Origin: Clostridiales bacterium
GTDB lineage: Bacteria; Bacillota; Clostridia; Christensenellales; Borkfalkiaceae
Assembly (NCBI GenBank): GCA_015069495.1
Contig: SVIN01000006.1
Location: 10,847 to 74,846 of the forward strand
DNA length: 64,000 bases
Direction of reading: 5' to 3'
Shown here piece after piece: positions 55,323 to 63,348 of the stretch (the first letter of the stretch is position 1; every line of letters starts with the position of its first letter). The notes under the pieces were generated by a model. The model did no database searches and was not told the origin of the DNA. It saw only the letters and a list, made by a program, of their open reading frames with translations. The position numbers and the translations under genes were made by a program.

Positions 55323-56645
55323 ATGGGTTTAAAAGTTTGTAAATTTGGCGGAACGTCCATGGCGGACGGCAGTACCATTCAACGGGGCGCGGCGATTGTA
55401 AAATCGGACGCGGAACGCCGTTACGTGGTGGTGTCTGCGCCTGGGAAACGTTTCAGCGGTGATATTAAGGTGACGGACCTTCTGTACCAATGCGCGGACG
55501 CGTTGGAAGCGGGGGAGCAAGCTGCTTTTAAGACGACTTTTGATAAAATTCGTGTGCGCTTCCTCAATATTGAAACGGAACTTGGCAAGGATATCGGTAT
55601 GCAAGCAGGGCTTGATCGGGTAGAGGCGGAAATGCTTGCGGGGGCGGGCAGAGATTATTGTGCATCCCGCGGTGAATATTTCGCAGGCTTGATCATGGCG
55701 GCGGTTTTGGATATACCCTTTGTGGACGCGACGGAATTTATCCGTTTTGATAAAGACGGTGTATTGGACAGTGTAACCTTTGAATTGGGGGCGCAAGTGC
55801 TTTCACAGTATAAAAGCGCGGTTATTCCTGGGTTCTATGGATTGGGCGCAGATGGCAAAGTGAAAACTTTCTCACGCGGCGGCGGAGATATTTCCGGGTC
55901 GATTGTGGCGCGCGCTGTTTCAGCGACGTTGTATGAAAATTGGACGGACGTAAGCGGTTTCTATGCCTGCGATCCCCGCATTGTGACTTCTCCTCGCTGG
56001 ATTTCCGAATTGACGTATCAGGAATTGCGCGAACTTTCCTATATGGGCGCGAACGTTTTACACAGTGAATCAATTTTCCCTGTAAGAAGCGCGGGGATTC
56101 CCATTCGTATTTGTAATACATTCCGTCCTGAAGACGCGGGTACATACATCGTAAAACGCTCGACGCGCGACGTTGGCGAAACGGTTGTTACGGGTGTTGC
56201 GGGGAAGAAGGGCTTCACCTCGATTACCCTTGAAAAATCGATGATGAACTTGGAAGTTGGCTTCGTTGGTAAAGTGCTTTCCGTGATTGGTAAGTATGGG
56301 ATTTCGTTTGAACATTTGCCTTCGGGGATTGATACCATGTCTTTGGTTATTGACAACGAATTTTTAAAAGACGGTATCTTGGAAGTGTTGATGGCGGAAA
56401 TGCAGGAAGCGGTGCATCCTGACCGTATTTATGCACATGAAGATATCGCATTGGTGGCAACGGTAGGGCACGGTATGGCAAAAAACGTGGGTACTTCCGC
56501 TCGTTTGTTTAAGGCGTTGTCTGATGCGCATATCAACGTGAATATGATTGACCAAGGCTCTAGCGAGTTAAACATTATCGTAGGGGTAGAAAGCGCGGAC
56601 TGCGCGGCTTGTATTCAAGCAATTTATAACGAGTTTTTTAATTAA
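55323..56645 (+). CDS. lysC: aspartate kinase
   Basis: VCKFGGTSMADG N-terminus, VVVSAPG and C-terminal ACT-type repeats. Confidence 0.9.
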   Translation: MGLKVCKFGGTSMADGSTIQRGAAIVKSDAERRYVVVSAPGKRFSGDIKVTDLLYQCADALEAGEQAAFKTTFDKIRVRFLNIETELGKDIGMQAGLDRVEAEMLAGAGRDYCASRGEYFAGLIMAAVLDIPFVDATEFIRFDKDGVLDSVTFELGAQVLSQYKSAVIPGFYGLGADGKVKTFSRGGGDISGSIVARAVSATLYENWTDVSGFYACDPRIVTSPRWISELTYQELRELSYMGANVLHSESIFPVRSAGIPIRICNTFRPEDAGTYIVKRSTRDVGETVVTGVAGKKGFTSITLEKSMMNLEVGFVGKVLSVIGKYGISFEHLPSGIDTMSLVIDNEFLKDGILEVLMAEMQEAVHPDRIYAHEDIALVATVGHGMAKNVGTSARLFKALSDAHINVNMIDQGSSELNIIVGVESADCAACIQAIYNEFFN

Positions 56646-56687
56646 GGAGAAGCCTACCGTTTCAATGGCGGTATTCTAAGTAAAAAT

Positions 56688-57518
56688 ATGAAAGCGTATA
56701 CGATTGATTTAACGAAAGAATATTCTTTCTTGCAAGGCGGTAATTTGCAATGCATTTTAGGGGATTGCCCTTGGGACGGTGAAAGACCTGATTGGAACCG
56801 TCCTGCGGTAATCGTGGTACCTGGCGGTGGATACGGTATGGTGAGTAAGCGCGAGGGGGAACCCATTGCGCACGCCTTTTTAGCGAAGGGTTTCCAAACT
56901 TTTATCCTTTGGTATTCGGTTGCGCCCGATGCAGTGTACCCTGAACAGTTGTTGCAACTTTCTGTGGCGGTGGATTACGTGAAAAAGAATGCGAAAGAAA
57001 TGAACGTAAATCCCGATGAAGTGTTCGTTGTGGGCTTCTCCGCAGGCGGGCATTTGACAGGTAACTTGGCGGTAGAACATCAAAACGTTTCCGCGAAAGT
57101 GGGGGTGGAATTGGATTGCAAACCTACGGCGGTCGGGCTTGCGTACCCCGTAATTTCCAATATCAATGGACATCAAGGTTCGTATGAGAATCTTTTGCTT
57201 GGTTATACGGAAGAAGCGCAAGAAGAACTCATGAAGACGCTCAGCCTTAATGAAGCGGTATCTGAAAATACGCCGCCTGCCTTTATTTGGGCAACGGCAC
57301 AGGATAACGTTGTGCCTGCGGATAATTCGTTGCGTTATGCAATGGCACTCGCAAAATATGGTATTCAATACGAATTACATATCTATCCTTTCGGGATTCA
57401 CGGTGCATCAACGGGTAGTGACGAAATCAACGTGGACGTTCCCGAAGACCAAAAGATTAAAGGTTGGATTAACGATTGCGCGAAATTCTTCCGCATTTAT
57501 ACAGTGGAAAAAGCTTAA
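56688..57518 (+). CDS. alpha/beta hydrolase (acetyl-esterase/lipase type)
   Basis: VVPGGGY oxyanion motif and GFSAGGH nucleophile elbow. Confidence 0.8.
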   Translation: MKAYTIDLTKEYSFLQGGNLQCILGDCPWDGERPDWNRPAVIVVPGGGYGMVSKREGEPIAHAFLAKGFQTFILWYSVAPDAVYPEQLLQLSVAVDYVKKNAKEMNVNPDEVFVVGFSAGGHLTGNLAVEHQNVSAKVGVELDCKPTAVGLAYPVISNINGHQGSYENLLLGYTEEAQEELMKTLSLNEAVSENTPPAFIWATAQDNVVPADNSLRYAMALAKYGIQYELHIYPFGIHGASTGSDEINVDVPEDQKIKGWINDCAKFFRIYTVEKA

Positions 57519-57530
57519 TCAGAATAAATC

Positions 57531-57561
57531 AAAAAGAAGGGGTTTTGCCCCTTCTTTTTAT
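57531..57561 (+). terminator. rho-independent terminator
   Basis: AAGAAGGGG-TTTTG-CCCCTTCTT followed by TTTTA. Confidence 0.85.
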
Positions 57562-57562
57562 A

Positions 57563-57584
57563 TTCAACGCGTACATGGTATAGG
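57563..57584 (-). repeat. long variant in the convergent spacer (esterase / deacetylase)
   Basis: Reverse complement is CCTATACCATGTACGCGTTGAA. Confidence 0.65.
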
Positions 57585-57585
57585 T

Positions 57586-58428
57586 CTATCGTTTTCTAAG
57601 GCGAACGTATTCTCCGCCATTTTTCAAGGTGCATCCATGCGCTTTGGCAAGGGCGGATACACTGACAATTTGATATCCCGCGTTTTTCAAATCGGGTAAC
57701 AGCCGTTTCAAAGCTTCTACCGTATTGGGGTATCCGTCGTGCATCAAAACAATGGCCCCCGACGATACGCGGTCGTATACGCTGTGGTAAATTTCTTCCG
57801 CTGACACTTTACTCCAATCCATGGTATCCACGTTCCAATTGATGATAGGGGCGGAGGTTTGCGCTTTTACCGCATCATTGATAAAACCGAAAGGCGGGCG
57901 TAATAGATGTTGCTTTTTACCGTCTATCTTGGATAAAATTGCATCGGTGGTATCAATTTCTGCGTGTAATTCCTCATTGGGGAGCGTGGTCAAATCCAAA
58001 TGGGATTGAGTATGATTGCCCAGTTCAAAACCCAGTGCGTTTGCAGCGTGTAGGGTTTGGATGGAATCTTCCGTAACCAAGCCGCCGTTGACAAATAAGG
58101 TTGCCGTTGCCTTGCAATCAGGGTTATTTTCGTTGTATTCGGCAAAGACTGCGAAGATGTTTTCTAAGGTTTTTGCAGGGGAATCATCGAAGGTGAATGC
58201 AATTAATTTTCGGTTTTGTTGGATATAGGAAATGTCAATATCTGAAACGTCCCAAATGGGATTTTGTGAATTCGGCGTACCCTCTAAAGGGATGATTTCT
58301 TCGAAAAAATCATCAAATGATGGGGGCATGTACACGTTGAATTGTAAATTGTTGGCCTTTTTACCCGAACAACAGGGCAAAAAGAAAAGGCAAGCGGATA
58401 ATAAAATCGCACAAAAATATCTATACAT
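57586..58428 (-). CDS. polysaccharide deacetylase (NodB domain) lipoprotein
   Basis: FTFDD, HTQSH and LMHD motifs. N-terminal MYRYFCAILLSACLFFLPCCSG signal/lipobox. Start chosen at the internal Met. Confidence 0.85.
   Translation of the reverse strand: MYRYFCAILLSACLFFLPCCSGKKANNLQFNVYMPPSFDDFFEEIIPLEGTPNSQNPIWDVSDIDISYIQQNRKLIAFTFDDSPAKTLENIFAVFAEYNENNPDCKATATLFVNGGLVTEDSIQTLHAANALGFELGNHTQSHLDLTTLPNEELHAEIDTTDAILSKIDGKKQHLLRPPFGFINDAVKAQTSAPIINWNVDTMDWSKVSAEEIYHSVYDRVSSGAIVLMHDGYPNTVEALKRLLPDLKNAGYQIVSVSALAKAHGCTLKNGGEYVRLRKR
58322..58341 (+). repeat. dispersed motif copy inside the deacetylase gene (antisense to the gene)
   Basis: GGGGGCATGTACACGTTGAA. Confidence 0.6.
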
Positions 58429-58485
58429 ACAACAAGCATTTGCATTTTGTAAAATATTATACATAATGAAAAAACAAAAAACCAC

Positions 58486-58514
58486 TTGACAAGTTGCCTT
58501 TTATGTGGTATAAT
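58486..58514 (+). promoter_or_regulatory. consensus extended -10 promoter of the kinase gene
   Basis: TTGACA (58486-58491), 17-nt spacer, TGgTATAAT (58506-58514). Confidence 0.7.
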
Positions 58515-58633
58515 CCTTTGGTAAGTATTGAGATAATTGATGATATTATCCGTATAGTGGCACAATGAGGGGACGGATGCATAGGAATAAAGTATCCGCT
58601 GAGGCGGAATAATAATCAGGTATAGGTGTAGTT

Positions 58634-59740
58634 TTGGATACAGAAAAACAGATAAGGGCAGTGTGTGAAAAATTTCAATTGCGGGGTGAGTATCAATCGT
58701 ATCGCGTACTCACGAGCGGGCATATCAATAATTCCTATCAGGTCATTATGCTCCGCGATGGCAAATTGAAGGATTACATTTTACAAAAAATTAATACATA
58801 CGTATTCCACGATCCGATTGCTATGATGGATAATATCTCCTCTGTAACCGAGTACGTGCGTGCGAAAATCAAACAAAAGCAAACGTCGGCGAAACGTAAC
58901 GTGTTGCATTATGCGACGACGGAAGGCGGGGAATATTATACCACGATGGAAGACGGCAGTTTTTGGCGTTGTTGCCGATTTATCGACGATTCGGTGTGTT
59001 TCGAATATACGGACGATTTAAAGGTGGTGGAAGGCGCAGGGAAAGCATTTGGCGAGTTTCAGGTGTACCTTTCCGATTATCCCGTGCAGGATTTGCATAT
59101 TGTTATCCCGCATTTCCACAACACGGTGATGCGTTTTGACGATTTCCGCAAAGCGATTGAAAAGGATTTTGCGGGCAGAAAGTCTGCCGTGCAGGATTGG
59201 ATTGATGGTTTCATGGCGTTAGAAGAGGTTGCGACTCGATTGTACCGCATGCAAAAAGCGGGGTTGTTGCAACTTCGCGTTACGCACAACGATACCAAAC
59301 CGAGCAATGTTTTATTTGATAAAAACACCTTAGAACACCTTTCCGTCATTGATTTGGATACGGTTATGCCTGGGTTGTTGGCGTGCGATTTCGGGGATGC
59401 AATCCGTGTGATTGGCTCTACGGGCGCGGAAGACGAGCAAGATTTGTCGAAGGTTGCGTTGGATATGGGGAAATACGAAGCGTTTACACGTGGTTTTGTC
59501 GGTACGCTTTGCGACAGCATGACGCAGGTGGAAAAGGATACCTTGGCGCTTGGCGCGTTGGCGATGACGGTTGAATGCGGTATTCGGTTCTTGGGTGATT
59601 ACTTGGACGGTGATAAGTATTTCCGTATTCATTACCCTGATCAGAATTTGGCGCGCGCGAAAGCTCATTTAATTTTGGCACAAGATATGCTCAAAAAATT
59701 AGATGAAATGCAACAAATTGTTTATAAATACTGTAAATAA
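58634..59740 (+). CDS. APH/ChoK-fold phosphotransferase (N-acetylhexosamine kinase-like)
   Basis: HNDTKPSNVLFD catalytic loop and IDLDTV metal-binding motif. TTG start. Confidence 0.6.
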   Translation: MDTEKQIRAVCEKFQLRGEYQSYRVLTSGHINNSYQVIMLRDGKLKDYILQKINTYVFHDPIAMMDNISSVTEYVRAKIKQKQTSAKRNVLHYATTEGGEYYTTMEDGSFWRCCRFIDDSVCFEYTDDLKVVEGAGKAFGEFQVYLSDYPVQDLHIVIPHFHNTVMRFDDFRKAIEKDFAGRKSAVQDWIDGFMALEEVATRLYRMQKAGLLQLRVTHNDTKPSNVLFDKNTLEHLSVIDLDTVMPGLLACDFGDAIRVIGSTGAEDEQDLSKVALDMGKYEAFTRGFVGTLCDSMTQVEKDTLALGALAMTVECGIRFLGDYLDGDKYFRIHYPDQNLARAKAHLILAQDMLKKLDEMQQIVYKYCK

Positions 59741-59780
59741 AATTAAGGTCGGCAGAAAATTCTGCCGACCTTAATTTTTA
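59739..59780. terminator. bidirectional terminator
   Basis: AAATTAAGGTCGGCAGA-AAAT-TCTGCCGACCTTAATTT with an A run and a T run on either side. Confidence 0.85.
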
Positions 59781-59860
59781 TGCGCGCTTACCAAAGCCAT
59801 GACGATGACGCCTACGTTACCGCCTAACACTACCCCAACCAAAAATCCAATCCAAAACAT
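59771..59860 (-). CDS. 29-aa hydrophobic peptide
   Basis: MFWIGFLVGVVLGGNVGVIVMALVSAHKN. GGAGG lies 5 nt upstream of the ATG. Its stop lies in the bidirectional terminator. Confidence 0.5.
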   Translation of the reverse strand: MFWIGFLVGVVLGGNVGVIVMALVSAHKN

Positions 59861-59990
59861 TAAGGCCTCCCGTTTGATTATTCCCCGCAGGGGTGCATTT
59901 ATACAAGATATGCAAAAAAAAAGAAGGCGGTGTAACCATTTTTTGCGGAAATGGATATAATGAATGGAAGATAAAAAAGGGGGACGGTAT

Positions 59991-60650
59991 ATGACGGTTC
60001 GATTGGTAGGGCGCGGGCGGTTGGGGGATTTGCATGATGGGTGTACAATCACGGAAGAAATTACGCTCTGTTCATTTGACTGTATGGGGACGGTCAGCTA
60101 TGAGCAGGAGTTAAAAGGAGAGAGTGATTTCTTCGAGAAAGCTACACGGCTTTCAAAACAAACGAAAGGAGTGGTGGTGTGCGGTTGTGTGACCGATACG
60201 CGGGGGATGAAACGAAAATCAGCATTGGTTGCGGAAAACGGACGGTTGATTGGGATTTCGGATATGACGCATTCGGTGGATGGTGAAGTTGGTTGCGGAG
60301 CAGGTTTACACGTTTACGATACGAAAATCGGACGAATAGGGGTCGCGGTTGCGGACGATATCGCGTTTGCGCAGGTGGTGGATTGTTTGGCAAATTGTGG
60401 CAGTGATGTGATTCTTTGTCCATATACGCAGGTAACGGACATGACCCCGCAACTTCTTATGCGGGCGTATGCCTATTTGTATGGTGTGCCAATTGTGTTG
60501 TGCGGTGTGGGGTATAGCATGATTGCTGAAGCGGATGGCGGTTTGGCATTTGCGACACCGCAAAATACCGCTGTCTTTTCGTTGGATAGACGAAAGGAAT
60601 ATCATTTGGTGGAAACACGGAAACGAGGTTTGCTGCATTTTCACGGTTAA
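59991..60650 (+). CDS. carbon-nitrogen hydrolase-fold-like protein apparently lacking the catalytic Cys
   Basis: IGRIGVAVADDIAF aligns by eye to the G.x.IC.D nitrilase-superfamily block, with Ala in place of Cys. Weak overall call. Confidence 0.35.
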   Translation: MTVRLVGRGRLGDLHDGCTITEEITLCSFDCMGTVSYEQELKGESDFFEKATRLSKQTKGVVVCGCVTDTRGMKRKSALVAENGRLIGISDMTHSVDGEVGCGAGLHVYDTKIGRIGVAVADDIAFAQVVDCLANCGSDVILCPYTQVTDMTPQLLMRAYAYLYGVPIVLCGVGYSMIAEADGGLAFATPQNTAVFSLDRRKEYHLVETRKRGLLHFHG

Positions 60651-60682
60651 AAAAAGCTCCGCGATTGCGGAGCTAAATTTTT
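60650..60682. terminator. bidirectional terminator
   Basis: AGCTCCGC-GATT-GCGGAGCT flanked by an A run and a T run. Confidence 0.85.
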
Positions 60683-61133
60683 AAAAACCAGCGTTTTTGA
60701 TATCGCGGTCAGTCGAACGTTTCAAATCGCGTTCGGCAATCGATTGTTTTTTGTCGTAGGTGTGTTTACCTCGGCAGAGAGCAATTTCCATCTTAACCAA
60801 CGAGCCCTTAAAATACATTTTCAAAGGCACTAAAGTATAACCCTGACGATTGATTTTGCCTGCAATTTTGGCAATTTCACCTTTATGAAGTAATAATTTT
60901 CGGTCTCTGCGAGTGTCCTTGGTGCTAAAAGCGTCGGACTTGTCGTATAAAGCAATATGCATATTTTTCACCGAAACGTCACTGCCTCGCACAAAACAGA
61001 AACTGTCGTTCATATTGACGTTGCCTGCGCGTAAGGATTTGATTTCGTTGCCTTCCAATACGATGCCTGCCTCATATTTTTCTTCGATAAAGTATTCAAA
61101 AGAAGCGCTTTTATTGTTTGTGATAATTTTCAT
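60681..61133 (-). CDS. smpB: SsrA-binding protein
   Basis: 150 aa. NKSASFEYFIEEKYEAGIVL, GYTLVPLKMYF and KHTYDKK motifs. Confidence 0.96.
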   Translation of the reverse strand: MKIITNNKSASFEYFIEEKYEAGIVLEGNEIKSLRAGNVNMNDSFCFVRGSDVSVKNMHIALYDKSDAFSTKDTRRDRKLLLHKGEIAKIAGKINRQGYTLVPLKMYFKGSLVKMEIALCRGKHTYDKKQSIAERDLKRSTDRDIKNAGF

Positions 61134-61153
61134 AATAGACTCCGTTTTTTGCG

Positions 61154-61176
61154 TTCAACGCGTACATGGGTGGGGG
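61154..61176 (-). repeat. dispersed motif copy (rnr|smpB spacer)
   Basis: Reverse complement is CCCCCACCCATGTACGCGTTGAA. Confidence 0.65.
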
Positions 61177-61177
61177 A

Positions 61178-63283
61178 TTACAGCTTTTTCAACAATTTAA
61201 ACTCGGTTCTGCGACGGTAAAAATCTACGTCGTCAACCTTTACCTTTAACCGTTCGCCGATGGTGTAGGTTTCCGTGTGACCGACCAAACGGAAACGATC
61301 AGCGTCATAGGAAAATTCACCGTAAAGAGATTCAATAGGGATAAACCCTTCAATGGTATTGGGCAATTCTGCAAACAATCCAAATGAGGTGACGCCTGAA
61401 ATGATGGCTTCGTATACTTGCCCGATTCGTTCGCTCATATACATGGCCATATACAAATCATCCACGTCGCGTTCGGCATCGGTTGCGCGCCGTTCGCGGT
61501 CGGAAGATTGTTTCGCTGCTGTGGAAACAAATTCGCTGAAACGCTCTACCGCTTCGGGATATCCACCATTTAACACCAACTTGATGATGCGGTGAATGCA
61601 AAGGTCGGGGTAACGGCGAATGGGGGAAGTAAAGTGGCAGTAACAAGCACTTGCCAAACCAAAATGTCCCAAATTTTCCGTGTCATAACGCGCCTTTTGC
61701 ATGGAACGAAGCATCACGCGATTGAGCACCGAATAGCTGGGCAAATTCTCCGCCGATTTCAGGATGTTTTGATAATCGTAGGGTTTTACGTCCTGCGCAG
61801 AGAAGCGCGCAGTCAATCCCAAGGTTTGAGCAAAAGCGCGGAATACGGTGGCTTTTTCTTCCGTTGGCTTTTCGTGCACGCGATATACGAAAGGCGCTTC
61901 AATCGAATGCATGTATTCTGCAACCGTTTCATTGGCCAATACCATAAAGGCTTCAATGATTTGATAGGAGAATTCCCGTTGATAATCGGGGATTTTGATT
62001 TCATCGTTTTCCAAGATAATTTTGGCTTCTTTGACATCCAACGAAATGTTGCCTTTTTTCTCGCGCATCGTCTGTAAAATATGGGTTAATTCACCGAAGA
62101 GGCATACCATGTCTTTGACGAGTGCATATTTTTGGCAAGTTTCATGGTCATTATCAAGGATTTTTCCGACTTCGGTATAGGTCATTTTATACTTCGAACG
62201 GATAATTCCTTCTACGATTTCACTGCTTTTCACGTTGCCTTTTTTGTCGATGGTCATAAGGCAAGATAAAGTCAAACGGTCTTCTCCCTCGTTTAAGGAA
62301 CAGATGCCGTTGGAGAGGGCACGGGGGAGCATGGGGAATACGCGGTCGGGAAAATAGACGCTGGTACCGCGTTCCAATGCTTCCAAATCCAATGGAGAAC
62401 GATATTCCACGTAATGGGTGACGTCGGCAATATGCACGCCAAGTAAATACTCTTCACCCACTTTTTCCAAAGATACCGCATCGTCAATATCGCGGGTATC
62501 CGCACCGTCGATGGTGACGATGAGTTTGTCTCGGAAATCTCTGCGCGCGAGGATGTCTTCTTGTGTAATCGGGCGGGACGCTTGTTTATCCGCTTCTTTA
62601 AGAACACGCGGGGGAAATTCCTCTTTGAGGTCGTACGAACGGATGATGGACAATTCTTCTGCAAAGAAGTCGTCCTCTTCACCAAGCACCTCAATGATTT
62701 CACCGCCAGGGCATTTGCCTTGCGGGTAAGAAGTGATTTTTGCGACCGCTTTGACTCCGCTTTTGATATGGGAGCAATCGGAAAGGGGGATATAGATTTC
62801 TGTAGAGAAACGTTTTTCATCGGGGAAGAGATAACCTGCGCGGCGATCTCTGCGGAAGGTGCCGACGATTTTGGTGTAACCGCGTTCGAGGATAGCAATT
62901 ACGTTGCCTTCATCATCGCTTCTGCCCCATGATTTTTCCATTAAAACGGTGTCGCCGTGTAAGGCGCCGTGTAAATTTTTATGGGGGATGAAATAATCGT
63001 TTTCGTTGCGTTCTTGACCCTCAGGGGTGAGAAATGCAAACCCGCGTTCGTTGCCGCAAATCGTGCCTTTGATAAGCCCCAATTGTGCAATCGTTCCATA
63101 CCTGCCCCCGTCATTTCGATAAATTTTACCTTCATCGCATAAAGCTTGTAATAGGTCGAAGAGTCTGTTTTTCTCCCGATAGGGGATTTGTAAAATTTTC
63201 AAAATTTCCGTCATTGTTTTACCGGCAAGCGTACCGTCTTCAAACGATGAGAAAAGGGATTCTTTCGCGTTCACAAAAATCAC
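61178..63283 (-). CDS. rnr: ribonuclease R
   Basis: 701 aa. RNB motifs (TIDGADTRDIDDAVS, HFGLAS..YCHFTSPIRRYPD) and a C-terminal S1 domain. Confidence 0.95.
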   Translation of the reverse strand: MIFVNAKESLFSSFEDGTLAGKTMTEILKILQIPYREKNRLFDLLQALCDEGKIYRNDGGRYGTIAQLGLIKGTICGNERGFAFLTPEGQERNENDYFIPHKNLHGALHGDTVLMEKSWGRSDDEGNVIAILERGYTKIVGTFRRDRRAGYLFPDEKRFSTEIYIPLSDCSHIKSGVKAVAKITSYPQGKCPGGEIIEVLGEEDDFFAEELSIIRSYDLKEEFPPRVLKEADKQASRPITQEDILARRDFRDKLIVTIDGADTRDIDDAVSLEKVGEEYLLGVHIADVTHYVEYRSPLDLEALERGTSVYFPDRVFPMLPRALSNGICSLNEGEDRLTLSCLMTIDKKGNVKSSEIVEGIIRSKYKMTYTEVGKILDNDHETCQKYALVKDMVCLFGELTHILQTMREKKGNISLDVKEAKIILENDEIKIPDYQREFSYQIIEAFMVLANETVAEYMHSIEAPFVYRVHEKPTEEKATVFRAFAQTLGLTARFSAQDVKPYDYQNILKSAENLPSYSVLNRVMLRSMQKARYDTENLGHFGLASACYCHFTSPIRRYPDLCIHRIIKLVLNGGYPEAVERFSEFVSTAAKQSSDRERRATDAERDVDDLYMAMYMSERIGQVYEAIISGVTSFGLFAELPNTIEGFIPIESLYGEFSYDADRFRLVGHTETYTIGERLKVKVDDVDFYRRRTEFKLLKKL
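62101..62118 (+). repeat. partial long variant inside rnr (antisense to the gene)
   Basis: GGCATACCATGTCTTTGA. Shares the 12-nt GGCATACCATGT with the 32147 copy. Confidence 0.4.
63097..63109 (-). repeat. half motif inside rnr
   Basis: Reverse complement is GGGGGCAGGTATGG. Confidence 0.3.
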
Positions 63284-63292
63284 CTCCTTATG

Positions 63293-63333
63293 TAAAAATA
63301 AACAAAAACGACGGCTAAAAGCAAGCCGCCGTT
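63293..63333 (-). terminator. hairpin terminator after secG, directly abutting the rnr SD
   Basis: On the minus strand: AACGGCGGC-TTGCTTTTA-GCCGTCGTT, then TTTTGTTTATTTTT. AGGAGGTG and the rnr ATG follow immediately. Confidence 0.6.
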
Positions 63334-63348
63334 ATATTTGATAGGTTC

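Noticed and set aside
60400-60700. Expected tmRNA (ssrA) gene downstream of smpB.
   Set aside because: The space is occupied by a terminator and a convergent protein-coding ORF. No tRNA-like CCA-end domain or tag reading frame was seen.
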